A DNA stretch of 64,000 nt from a virus. Lineage: Duplodnaviria; Caudoviricetes. Below, one piece after another: positions 1 to 8,628 of this stretch. The DNA is taken from positions 4,365 through 68,364 of IMG/VR virus record IMGVR_UViG_3300049712_000011; one strand, written 5' to 3'. The notes under the pieces are model-generated. The model had not been told where the DNA came from, did no database searches, and saw nothing but the letters and a program-made list of their open reading frames with translations. A program made the position numbers and the translations under genes. Every line of letters starts with the position of its first letter. The stretch's first letter is position 1.

Positions 1-1
1 T

Positions 2-166
2 CCGAAAGCTCTTAACATGTTGCAGAAGAGTAATTATACAGGAGCAGCCCAGGAGTACCTGAACAACAATGAGTTTAAGACAACTCCACTGCAAGGTGTT
101 AAGAACCGTATGCAGTACAACGCTAACGTTTTCGCAAAGCAACAGCCAGCAATAGCCTCTAAGTAA
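2..166 (+). CDS. 3' end of a gene (partial), probably a lysozyme-like (GH24) domain
   Basis: Open frame from the window edge: KALNMLQKSNYTGAAQEYLNNNEF..GVKNRMQYNANVF, resembling the C-terminal helices of T4-type lysozymes. Confidence 0.4.
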   Translation, partial: PKALNMLQKSNYTGAAQEYLNNNEFKTTPLQGVKNRMQYNANVFAKQQPAIASK

Positions 167-223
167 CTTACAGCACAGTAAGATTCAATCTCACTTGTAA
201 CAACAGGTGGGGTTTTCTGTTTC

Positions 224-252
224 TTGACATAGGCAATACCTTGTGTGATATT
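224..252 (+). promoter_or_regulatory. sigma70-like promoter
   Basis: TTGACA, 17 nt spacer, TGn-GATATT upstream of ATG 266. Confidence 0.55.
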
Positions 253-1081
253 GCCAAACACTCGCATGTATTCACGCAGACGAATAACCACCAAGGTTGT
301 ACACGCTTACAACCACCTAGCTGAGCAAGGTCCAATTGGTGATCTTCTGCTCACGCTGGATAGAGATGTATATGATGCACAAAAAGCAAATAAGAAGTTA
401 AGATCATTCTTCCTGAACATTCTGTCGAAGAAATTTACTAAAGGCTTGAGAGTTCTTACAAGAGCTGATGACGGTAGAGTACATATACATGCGGCTGTGC
501 TACTACCTTCGGATTGTCCTAACTTTGACTGGAGAGCTTTCGACCAGGCTCAGAGATGGATGCGTATTTACAGAACGCTAAAAGATAAAGCTAGTCTTAA
601 GTTCTACAGGCAATTTACAGCTGCATACTACCGTTCAATGACTGTAGAGTTTAAGGAGCTTCACGATTTTGTAAGATTGAAAGGAAAGGTATATGGATTT
701 GGACACGTCAGACTACTACCAATCAGGAAAGTTTCAGACGCTCTTAAGTGGTATCTGGTCAAGAACGTTCCTAGACAACGACAAACTAGGGATAAAGGAA
801 TTCATTTCTTCAGCTCATGGGGGTGCCCTACTGTCGGCCCTAGTAAGCTCGTCAGCCCTGAATCCCGTAGATATAGAGAACGCTTATCGAGGTTTTCTAT
901 CGGGCTCGGGTTAACCGCAGACAACCATGTTACAGTATTGAGAGCTGTCCTAGGCCGAAACTGGCACTGGCAGTGTGAAGACATGATTAAGCATATAAAC
1001 AGCCTGGGGACTCATGCCGGTAGATACGAAGAACTTAAGAGAACCATCAGACAACATCAGCTTCGAGCTGTACAACTTTAA
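245..1081 (+). CDS. HUH (rolling-circle Rep-like) endonuclease; likely start ATG 266
   Basis: Motif I LLLTL, motif II RVHIHAAV (HUH), motif III WYLVKN (YxxK). Confidence 0.7.
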   Translation: MILPNTRMYSRRRITTKVVHAYNHLAEQGPIGDLLLTLDRDVYDAQKANKKLRSFFLNILSKKFTKGLRVLTRADDGRVHIHAAVLLPSDCPNFDWRAFDQAQRWMRIYRTLKDKASLKFYRQFTAAYYRSMTVEFKELHDFVRLKGKVYGFGHVRLLPIRKVSDALKWYLVKNVPRQRQTRDKGIHFFSSWGCPTVGPSKLVSPESRRYRERLSRFSIGLGLTADNHVTVLRAVLGRNWHWQCEDMIKHINSLGTHAGRYEELKRTIRQHQLRAVQL

Positions 1082-1154
1082 GTTGCTTTCTCAAATAAAG
1101 TTTACTAGTATAGTCTTAACTAGCAGTAGATTCTCATCACGAGAAAGATAAACT

Positions 1155-2492
1155 ATGGTGTACACAAATTATCAACAACTCGAAGCTGGTTTCCTCAAAG
1201 AAGCTGCAGAACAGGGATGCGACGTTACGTTCCTAGAAGGCATGCTAAAGGAAGCCGCTGAAATCCAACATAAGTGGGCAGAAGCCTTTGATGAGCTTGA
1301 GCAAATTACAGGTGACAAGACAATCAAAATTAAGATTGGCAATGACCTGGCTCAAATCGCCTTAATGAAGATGGCAGAAGGCGAAAAAGGTTGGATGGAC
1401 AGTCCGATGGTCCAACAGTTACTTTCAAGTTTACAACAGGGCGGTGGACAAGGTGCTCTAGCTGGTGGAGCAGGCGGTGGCTTAATCGGGCTCATTTTAG
1501 GTTTGCTTACAAAGAATCCTATGATGGGTTTGATGTTAGGTGGTCTAGGTGGAGCAGGGTTAGGTGGTTTGGGTTGGAACCGTATTAAAGATTTCTTTGG
1601 AGGTAAGGGTAACGCTTCTCCAGATGGTTCAACCTCACCTGAAGAATCCCCGGAACTATCTCCTGAATTGGCCGGCGCACCATCCGATCCTTCACAGCTT
1701 CCTACTGAACACAATGACCCAGAAGCAGCTCTTCGCTCAGCCGCACAAGGTAGCCCAGAAATAGCTGGAGGTAATACTCCGCATGAAATGCCTGGAGAAC
1801 ATTCGGATCCTGAAGCTCAGATTGCTCAACAGTTGTCTGGAGTTAAGCCTCCACAACCAGGTCAGTCTTCACTAGAGCCACAAGGTCAGCAACCTTTAGG
1901 TGCTAACCCACAGCAGGCTATGATGGAACAGCCTTATCAAAAGGATGACTACGATGTGGCTGTAGATAAGTATATGCAGTGGATGCAAGAACAATACCCA
2001 CAGCAGCAAAGTCCTCGTCAAAGCTTTGTACAACAATTTAATCCAAGTGGACAAGGTGCTGGTAATGTAAATCAACCAATGGGTCAACGTCCTATGGTAC
2101 CTAAGCCTCAAGTACAGCCTCATGCTAATCCAACTCCTAATGCGGCACAGCAGGCTCCAATGAGTGGAGGTAAACCTCTAAACACTACTTTCCCGTCTAT
2201 TCCAATGAATAGCCACATGCCTCAAATCGGCAAGCCGGCTATGCCACCAGGTGGTGGTATGCTTCCAAAAACTGGCGGTCTACGACTTAAGTTAGCGGAT
2301 CTTATGAGCGGACCTTCTATGGCTCCACAAGGGCCTGCAAGTCCAAATCTAAATATGTTAATGGGTCCTGGTCAACCTACAACAACATCTCAGAATCCCA
2401 TGCTGCCTAAGGGTACTCCGATCGTTTATCCTGTAAACAACCAGCCACGTCAGATGACCAGCAACTATGCTGTAGCCCCTAAGACTTTCTAA
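1155..2492 (+). CDS. Gln/Pro-rich putative virion internal protein
   Basis: Gly-zipper hydrophobic helices, low-complexity Q/P tail, repeated K-x-A motifs, internal EHxDPEA repeat. Confidence 0.55.
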   Translation: MVYTNYQQLEAGFLKEAAEQGCDVTFLEGMLKEAAEIQHKWAEAFDELEQITGDKTIKIKIGNDLAQIALMKMAEGEKGWMDSPMVQQLLSSLQQGGGQGALAGGAGGGLIGLILGLLTKNPMMGLMLGGLGGAGLGGLGWNRIKDFFGGKGNASPDGSTSPEESPELSPELAGAPSDPSQLPTEHNDPEAALRSAAQGSPEIAGGNTPHEMPGEHSDPEAQIAQQLSGVKPPQPGQSSLEPQGQQPLGANPQQAMMEQPYQKDDYDVAVDKYMQWMQEQYPQQQSPRQSFVQQFNPSGQGAGNVNQPMGQRPMVPKPQVQPHANPTPNAAQQAPMSGGKPLNTTFPSIPMNSHMPQIGKPAMPPGGGMLPKTGGLRLKLADLMSGPSMAPQGPASPNLNMLMGPGQPTTTSQNPMLPKGTPIVYPVNNQPRQMTSNYAVAPKTF

Positions 2493-2493
2493 T

Positions 2494-3411
2494 ATGGACC
2501 TCTATTTTGACGAATTCATTAAGGGAGTAAAGGAGACACTTGATCTGCATAAGCAGGGCGAGAGTATCTTTGAAATGGGTGGAGGCAATATGTTTCCAAG
2601 CATCGAGCGTCAACAAATGTGGCAATGGTCCAAAGCACCAGGACATATTCACTTCTCTGATGGTATGAAGACTTATAGCTTCAAACATCAAGGAGATCTA
2701 GCTGACGAAGATGTAGATCTAGAAAAGATTCCTGATGTACCGCTTCCAGACCTATTCAAGGATTCTACAGGAAAAGGTAAAGCACAAGTCCATCGCGCTG
2801 ATCCTGGTTCCATTTACTTTACTCTACAAGAAGGTACAAGAAATCCTACATACACTTTCAAACATACTGGTGGTCAAAGGTGGAAAGCTATCGTAAAGAA
2901 AAAGAAGCCGAAAGCTCAACTAGCTCAGCCTGCGTTTATACCTAATGTGAACGCTGAGGCTATTAAAGAAGGTATGCTCAAAGCTGCAGAAGAGTTACTT
3001 AAGGATGCCCAAGGAGGCGTCCTCGATTTTTTTAACCGTGCGGCCGGTGGAGCCTTAGACACAGCTGTTAATGCACCTGGTGTCATGTTAAACGCTCCCG
3101 GTCGAATTGGTGACTCTAACCCTGGTGATGATACACTAGGTCAGACGTTAGGTAATGCAGGCAAGGCAGGTCTTTTAGGAGCAGGTCTAGGTTTAGGTTA
3201 TCATGGCATCAAACAACACTTCTTCAATACACCGGAAGAAAATGCTAATGAGAACCAGAGCAAGACAACCATGCTACGTAGAATGTTGCTACCTGGCTTA
3301 GCTCTAGGTGGAGCCAACGCAATTTCTAGAACAACATTCCCTGACCACATTTTCCGAGCAGGGCAAGGCAAGACTCCAACATTAACAGCACCAGGCGATG
3401 CCGTCCAATAA
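2494..3411 (+). CDS. putative virion protein
   Basis: 305 aa ORF with Gly-rich hydrophobic segments and K-x-A motifs; coupled to neighbours. Confidence 0.55.
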   Translation: MDLYFDEFIKGVKETLDLHKQGESIFEMGGGNMFPSIERQQMWQWSKAPGHIHFSDGMKTYSFKHQGDLADEDVDLEKIPDVPLPDLFKDSTGKGKAQVHRADPGSIYFTLQEGTRNPTYTFKHTGGQRWKAIVKKKKPKAQLAQPAFIPNVNAEAIKEGMLKAAEELLKDAQGGVLDFFNRAAGGALDTAVNAPGVMLNAPGRIGDSNPGDDTLGQTLGNAGKAGLLGAGLGLGYHGIKQHFFNTPEENANENQSKTTMLRRMLLPGLALGGANAISRTTFPDHIFRAGQGKTPTLTAPGDAVQ

Positions 3412-3715
3412 CCAAGAACTACAGAATGCTGTATTAGCTGACCCAACATTAACACCTCAACAGAAACAAAAAATTGTAGAAGTGTTATCTGATGGAGATA
3501 AGCTACCACGACTCCTAACCGGAGCTCTAGGCTCAGCTGTAGGCGTCGCGATTGCTAAGTACATGAAGCTCAGCAAGGTATCTAAAGTTCTTTTAGGCGT
3601 TGCAGGGTTTGGAATTGGGCGTCTTTTGTATGACGTTCTCTCTAAACATGATGGACAATTTGCCTCCTATAATAGTAAGATAAGAGCATATGAGATGGAC
3701 ACCACAAGATATTAA
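3398..3715 (+). CDS. small Gly-zipper membrane-active/virion protein
   Basis: Two GxxxG hydrophobic helices; overlaps neighbours. Confidence 0.55.
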   Translation: MPSNNQELQNAVLADPTLTPQQKQKIVEVLSDGDKLPRLLTGALGSAVGVAIAKYMKLSKVSKVLLGVAGFGIGRLLYDVLSKHDGQFASYNSKIRAYEMDTTRY

Positions 3716-4031
3716 GGCAGGTATCGCCTACGAACTTGATAAGCAAGGTTCGACTCTACAAGATTTTGAATCTGCGTTAGAGAAGCAAGCACTAGGTTTA
3801 CCCTCCGTGGGATCAATCACTGCTGCTCTTAAAGGATTAGGTACCGTTGGTGCTGGTTCCGCCGCCGCTCTAGGTTTGGGTGCTGCAGGATTAGGATATG
3901 GAGCTTACAAAGGAAACCAGGACTCTGACGACAAGATTCAGAAGAAGCTTCAAGAGAAACAGCAATACGAGGACGCCATCCGTAGCTTACAAGCAGCTCT
4001 ACAAGAGAATCAAATTTCCGGAATGAGATAA
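3690..4031 (+). CDS. Gly-zipper putative virion protein
   Basis: LEKQAL followed by a Gly/Ala-rich helix and a coiled coil. Confidence 0.55.
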   Translation: MRWTPQDIKAGIAYELDKQGSTLQDFESALEKQALGLPSVGSITAALKGLGTVGAGSAAALGLGAAGLGYGAYKGNQDSDDKIQKKLQEKQQYEDAIRSLQAALQENQISGMR

Positions 4032-4032
4032 T

Positions 4033-4440
4033 ATGGCTAACAAGATTAAAGAGCGTGAGAGTTTCGTATTTCAAAACGCACTATCTGACATTCCATTTGA
4101 AGTGCGATCGGAAGAAGAAATCAGTAAGGCTCTATTCAAGGGTAGCGATCCCGAGAAGATGATTGATGCGTGGGAAGCTGCCCACGGTATTCCTGTTAAA
4201 GAAACTCCACTACCTAAGCTTAAGGTCAAGAACGTGATGCTTAGCCCAGGAGTGGACGATGAGGATGCCGATGCTCTTAATAAGCTCTATAACGATCATG
4301 AGTTGTACCAGATCATCGAAAAGTCTGCTAACTGGACTCCTCGTGGTGAGTACAAGATTTTTGTAATTTATACTGAGAACCAGGACGTGCTAGAAGCTCG
4401 AGCCAAACTCAAAGCCCAGGAGGAACCAGAACATGAATAA
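4033..4440 (+). CDS. hypothetical protein
   Basis: 135 aa ORF in a tightly packed operon. Confidence 0.6.
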   Translation: MANKIKERESFVFQNALSDIPFEVRSEEEISKALFKGSDPEKMIDAWEAAHGIPVKETPLPKLKVKNVMLSPGVDDEDADALNKLYNDHELYQIIEKSANWTPRGEYKIFVIYTENQDVLEARAKLKAQEEPEHE

Positions 4441-4975
4441 GATTGCTGACATGAGAGAATTTTACCCACAAGAGCTATTTGCTTTATCAGCACTAGCTGG
4501 TGGTGGCGGTTTCGCAGGTCTCCGAGCTCTCACAGAGATGATGCACAGAGTAAAGGGTCAACCAAAGCCTCAGCAAAAGGCTGTTAAACTAATGGTACCT
4601 CCAGGTCAAGCTCAAGAAGAAACAGCTATGGGCGGCCAGCTAAACACCGGTGAGTTTGAGCCACACGCTTTCACCTCTCCGAAAACAGCTTCGTTTGGAG
4701 AACTACCTCCAATAGGTATGGGCGAGTCTCCTACAACTATTGGTTCCTTGCTTCCACTACTTGCCGGATTACCAGCCGGATTTCTAGGCACTAAGATGGT
4801 CTATGACAAATATAAAGGTCATGAAATGCAAGGTAAGGTAGATGAATCCAAGAAGCGTTATTTAACCGAGCTTCAGAGAGCCCAAGAGCAAATGAAGACA
4901 GCGGGGTCTACACCTAAGGTTGATAAGTTTTGTGAAGCTGTAGCTGCAGAACTTAATTCCATTCAAGGAGCCTAA
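4433..4975 (+). CDS. putative virion internal protein
   Basis: NKIAD, KTAS and KTAG motifs, two Gly-rich hydrophobic helices. Confidence 0.55.
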   Translation: MNKIADMREFYPQELFALSALAGGGGFAGLRALTEMMHRVKGQPKPQQKAVKLMVPPGQAQEETAMGGQLNTGEFEPHAFTSPKTASFGELPPIGMGESPTTIGSLLPLLAGLPAGFLGTKMVYDKYKGHEMQGKVDESKKRYLTELQRAQEQMKTAGSTPKVDKFCEAVAAELNSIQGA

Positions 4976-5679
4976 TGAACGATAAGGCGTTTTACGAAGG
5001 TGTGCTGCATGAGCTGGATAAGATCGCGCAGTCTACGCAAGTAGCTGCTGCCGGTCCTGCTAAACCACAGCCTCAAGCACAGACCAATCAAACGTCTTCT
5101 GTTCAAGCTTCAGCGCCAACGAGTTCGCTCCCTAAACCTGTAACAGCTCCAGCTTCATCAGCTACTCCTTCTCCGGCTATGCCTGGAGGTTTTAATTTCT
5201 CTGCCAACGCTGATACAGAAGCTCAAAATACTGCTGCTACTAATCCTGGTACTGGTTTCCATCCTCTATGGGCTGCTCAAAGAATGCTAACGCCTGATTC
5301 TTGGAAGCAAAAGGAAATCGACAAAAGGATGAATAATGCTAGGTGGTCCGACGCTAACAAGGGGTTTAGTGAACGAGATGCTTACTTCTACAATAACGAT
5401 GACTATACTCGCAGCGCCGTTGACAAAGCTGTTTCCGACAAAACATACGGAGTAGGACAGTTAAATGGTGAAGGTAAGTTGCAGATGGGAGACCTTGGCA
5501 AATTTCAGGCGGGTAATTTCATGCAAGATCATTGGGGTAAGATTTTGCTAGCACTGTTGGGTGTAGGTGCGCTAGGTTGGATGGGTAACAACGGTGGCGG
5601 TAATCAACAACCAATCAACATTTACAATAACGCTGGTGGAGCCTCACAAGCTCCGACAAGTATTCCAAGGTATGCATGA
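4975..5679 (+). CDS. putative virion internal protein
   Basis: LDKIAQ motif, A/P/S-rich linker, C-terminal TM-like helix. Confidence 0.55.
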   Translation: MNDKAFYEGVLHELDKIAQSTQVAAAGPAKPQPQAQTNQTSSVQASAPTSSLPKPVTAPASSATPSPAMPGGFNFSANADTEAQNTAATNPGTGFHPLWAAQRMLTPDSWKQKEIDKRMNNARWSDANKGFSERDAYFYNNDDYTRSAVDKAVSDKTYGVGQLNGEGKLQMGDLGKFQAGNFMQDHWGKILLALLGVGALGWMGNNGGGNQQPINIYNNAGGASQAPTSIPRYA

Positions 5680-6392
5680 ACACGAACGTAAACCCCATTT
5701 ACGACATTTCAATTCCCGACCACGCTAGAGGTTGGTTTGATCCCATTAAAACACGCAAGTGGGTTAATGAGAATGCTGCACAATCCTTTCAGAAGGCGCT
5801 AAACAAACTTGAGTCGCCTACTTATAAGCTCAAGGTCGTAGACATCAAACTTCACGAGCCAGAGAAGCCGTTCAGTTACAAAGAACAGAACCAGGCTCTC
5901 ATGGATAAGAAGGATGTAACGATACCTCTCCGTGCTAAATTCCAGATGATAGATAAGAACACTGGAAAAATCGTGGATGAGAAGACAACAACCATTGCAA
6001 CCATTCCGTGGGTTACTGAGCGCAATACTTGCATTCTTAACGGCTCTGAATATGTTACAACTGGTCAACAGAGATTAAAACCTGGAATCTATTCCAGGAT
6101 CAAAGAGTCAGGTGAAGCAGAAGCTCACGTCAACGTAGCTCCTGGATCTGGCTTTGGTGGTAAGGTTATTTTCTATCCTGACCGAGCACTCTTCGTTTAT
6201 CAAGTAGGTACTACGCAAATTAAGCTTTATGGCCTCCTTCATGACCTAGGCGTTCCAGATTCAGATATGGAAAAAGCTTGGGGTAAAGAAATTTTTCTTA
6301 AGAACAAGATGTCGTACAAAGGCAACGAAATAGACAAGTTCTATACAAAGGTCTTTGGTACATATCAACAGGAGGAAGAAGCTTCGGTATGA
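5676..6392 (+). CDS. rpoB: RNA polymerase beta subunit, N-terminal piece
   Basis: IATIPWVTERNTCILNGSEYVTTGQQRLKPG matches the RpoB N-terminal IPxMTxxGTFIINGxERVxVSQLxRSPG pattern. Confidence 0.8.
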   Translation: MNTNVNPIYDISIPDHARGWFDPIKTRKWVNENAAQSFQKALNKLESPTYKLKVVDIKLHEPEKPFSYKEQNQALMDKKDVTIPLRAKFQMIDKNTGKIVDEKTTTIATIPWVTERNTCILNGSEYVTTGQQRLKPGIYSRIKESGEAEAHVNVAPGSGFGGKVIFYPDRALFVYQVGTTQIKLYGLLHDLGVPDSDMEKAWGKEIFLKNKMSYKGNEIDKFYTKVFGTYQQEEEASV

Positions 6393-6979
6393 TCGACTGG
6401 ATTGCTGCATTAAAAACAGCTGGCGTTGTAGCTAGTTCGCTCGGCTCTATTTGGGGCGGGTTTAAATACATATACAAGCCCATTAACCGCAAACTCAAAG
6501 AGCAGAAGAAATTTAAAGAGAGTTGTGTAGTCATTGCCAAGGAGATGCTTCCCAACGGAGGAGGTAGCTTGCGTGACAAGATGGAAGGACTAAAAGTATC
6601 TATCGACCATGTGTTGAATACTGTCGTCCGACTGGATCAACGCCAAGTATCTTTCGCCAATCAGAGCGATACAGCTATATTCGAAACGGATGCACCAGGT
6701 AACACAATCTTCGTTAACCGAGCATACTGCCGACTAACTGGCAGAACACCTGATGAGGTACTGGGCCAAGGATGGAAGATCATTATACATCCTGAACAGC
6801 GAGAATACGTAGTTGACGAGTGGAGTTCTGCTGTACGCGAAATGCGCGATTTTGACCTAACCTACGACATTATAGATACCGCTGGTAAGCTAATTAAGAT
6901 CCACAATCACGCTTACATCCTTAGAGATATCCAGAGTAAGACTATTGGATACATGGGTTTCATCCGCAAGGTAGTGTAA
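6389..6979 (+). CDS. membrane-anchored PAS domain protein
   Basis: N-terminal TM helix, PNGGGSLRD motif, then a clear PAS fold (IFETDAPGNTIFVNRAYCRLTG...GQGW..IIHPEQ...W). Confidence 0.8.
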   Translation: MIDWIAALKTAGVVASSLGSIWGGFKYIYKPINRKLKEQKKFKESCVVIAKEMLPNGGGSLRDKMEGLKVSIDHVLNTVVRLDQRQVSFANQSDTAIFETDAPGNTIFVNRAYCRLTGRTPDEVLGQGWKIIIHPEQREYVVDEWSSAVREMRDFDLTYDIIDTAGKLIKIHNHAYILRDIQSKTIGYMGFIRKVV

Positions 6980-6993
6980 TATTCGCTATAATA

Positions 6994-7022
6994 TTGACAC
7001 CTTAGTGTAATAAGGCTACACT
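6994..7022 (+). promoter_or_regulatory. sigma70-like promoter
   Basis: TTGACA, 17 nt spacer, TACACT. Confidence 0.65.
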
Positions 7023-7068
7023 TAATGTAAGTTCAATAAAGAACGAAACATTTAACAAAGGCTAATTT

Positions 7069-7560
7069 ATGGCAGATGCATCCAGTGTTCGTAAAGCTAA
7101 TAGCTCATTTCCTGCAGCAACAGGTCGTGCAGCCAGCAGCGTCCGTTTTTCCAACAAGGAGCTTTGGCTCGCTACCGGAACTAACTATGTTCCAGTAGGT
7201 CGTACTACAATCACCTATTCAGGCCCAGCAGCAGCTGACGCCGTAGACATCCCGATTTTCATTGCAGACCGTGCATATGAAGTCGTAAGCATTAAGGAAG
7301 TTCACGGTACAGCAGGTGGCGCCGGTGCCGCTGTAGTAGCCAAGAAGTGCACAGGTACTCAGGCTGCTTCGGCAGGTGCGGCATTGCACACAGGTTCTAT
7401 TGACCTTACTGCAACAGCTAACACTGTAATCACCCCGACACTCACAGCTACTGCAGCTGACCTCGTGTTGGCAGCAGGTGACCGTGTAGCTCTTGACTTC
7501 TCCGGCACAATTTCACCATTGGCTGGCATGAATGTCACTGTCGTACTTCGCGCGATCTAA
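7069..7560 (+). CDS. Ala/Thr-rich beta-structured protein, possibly capsid decoration or fibre
   Basis: Own promoter and terminator; composition typical of surface virion proteins. Confidence 0.45.
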   Translation: MADASSVRKANSSFPAATGRAASSVRFSNKELWLATGTNYVPVGRTTITYSGPAAADAVDIPIFIADRAYEVVSIKEVHGTAGGAGAAVVAKKCTGTQAASAGAALHTGSIDLTATANTVITPTLTATAADLVLAAGDRVALDFSGTISPLAGMNVTVVLRAI

Positions 7561-7580
7561 TAGCTAAAAAGATCTCACAA

Positions 7581-7607
7581 GCGCAGGACCGAAATCCTGC
7601 GCTTTTT
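7581..7607 (+). terminator. intrinsic terminator
   Basis: GCGCAGGA-CCGAAA-TCCTGCGC followed by TTTTT. Confidence 0.8.
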
Positions 7608-7610
7608 CAT

Positions 7611-7639
7611 TTGACACTTTCGCAGTCGTGAGCGATATT
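7611..7639 (+). promoter_or_regulatory. sigma70-like promoter
   Basis: TTGACA, 17 nt spacer, GATATT. Confidence 0.55.
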
Positions 7640-7670
7640 ACGACAACAACGTTATTAACAAAGGCTAATT

Positions 7671-7946
7671 ATGGCAGATGAACAGAAAGTAGAAACTCAA
7701 GCATCGTTGAATGGTACAGCTACTATAACCATTCCTCCGGTGACCGTTGAAAAGGTTCTAGAAGACCTGCAGCTCTACCGTGCAAACGGAGAAGATTCAT
7801 TGAACAAAATCAATGAAGCAATCAACAAGCACAATGAGCAGATTCAGAAGCTTCAACAGATGAAGTTGATGATTTTAGGTCAACGAGAAGTGTTCGAAGA
7901 ACTCTTGAGGAAATTCGGACCAGCGACTGAAGCAGCAAAGAACTAA
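7671..7946 (+). CDS. coiled-coil hypothetical protein
   Basis: 91 aa ORF with heptad pattern. Confidence 0.65.
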   Translation: MADEQKVETQASLNGTATITIPPVTVEKVLEDLQLYRANGEDSLNKINEAINKHNEQIQKLQQMKLMILGQREVFEELLRKFGPATEAAKN

Positions 7947-7948
7947 TT

Positions 7949-8149
7949 ATGGCAAAGATTCCAGAACAGCTTAATACACAGATTCGTGTATACAACCTCT
8001 ACTGTGAATTGATCCAAGAAGAGAAGGACAAGAAAGAGTACGCTAAGACTAAGGCAGAGAATATCAAGCGTATTAAGGAAGAGATTAAAGAGCTTATCGA
8101 GCAAGAGGCTGAGGAGAATGTGGTAGCCCAGAGGGAAGCAGGCGAGTAA
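7949..8149 (+). CDS. small charged coiled-coil protein
   Basis: 66 aa ORF, coupled to the previous gene. Confidence 0.65.
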   Translation: MAKIPEQLNTQIRVYNLYCELIQEEKDKKEYAKTKAENIKRIKEEIKELIEQEAEENVVAQREAGE

Positions 8150-8161
8150 TAGTTTGAGTAT

Positions 8162-8205
8162 AAAGGCCAGGTGGTGTATTTACGCTGCCTGGCCTTTGTG
8201 CTTTT
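8162..8205 (+). terminator. intrinsic terminator
   Basis: AAAGGCCAGGTGGTGTA/TACGCTGCCTGGCCTTT hairpin plus T-rich tail. Confidence 0.65.
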
Positions 8206-8211
8206 GATGTT

Positions 8212-8628
8212 ATGTTTACCTTAATGTATATTGCGGTTGGACTGACTGTAGCTTATCTCTTGGCAGTTTGGTATAAATCTGATGCGATAGTGGAGTACGG
8301 CCGGATGCTCCCACTTAGCTGGCAGGAAAAGCTTAAGATCAACGACTATGCTGCCCTATCGGTTGATGACCCGCAGATGACTTATGCCAAGTTTTTGAAC
8401 AGGTATGTAGCTGACAACTTCTTCACCAGGTTGTTAGAATGTGAAATCTGTTTATCGTTATGGCTATCCTTGTTTATCAATGTAGCTGTCTATTCTGCCA
8501 AATTCTTGTCAGGGCTGGACTTAGCTACCGCATTGTTGAGTATTGCGGGAGGAACGTTCCCTGCAGCAATGGCGGGCTTGATTATATATGCAGCTTGGCT
8601 TAAAGTAAGAGCAAATGGCACAGCTTAA
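8212..8628 (+). CDS. membrane protein, DUF1360-like
   Basis: Several TM helices and LLECEICLSLW (CxxCxSxW). Confidence 0.55.
   Translation: MFTLMYIAVGLTVAYLLAVWYKSDAIVEYGRMLPLSWQEKLKINDYAALSVDDPQMTYAKFLNRYVADNFFTRLLECEICLSLWLSLFINVAVYSAKFLSGLDLATALLSIAGGTFPAAMAGLIIYAAWLKVRANGTA

Noticed and set aside
6745-6790. Hammerhead core CTGATGAG (also near 53045 and 57910)
   Set aside because: All copies are inside coding regions, with no matching GAAA and flanking stems.
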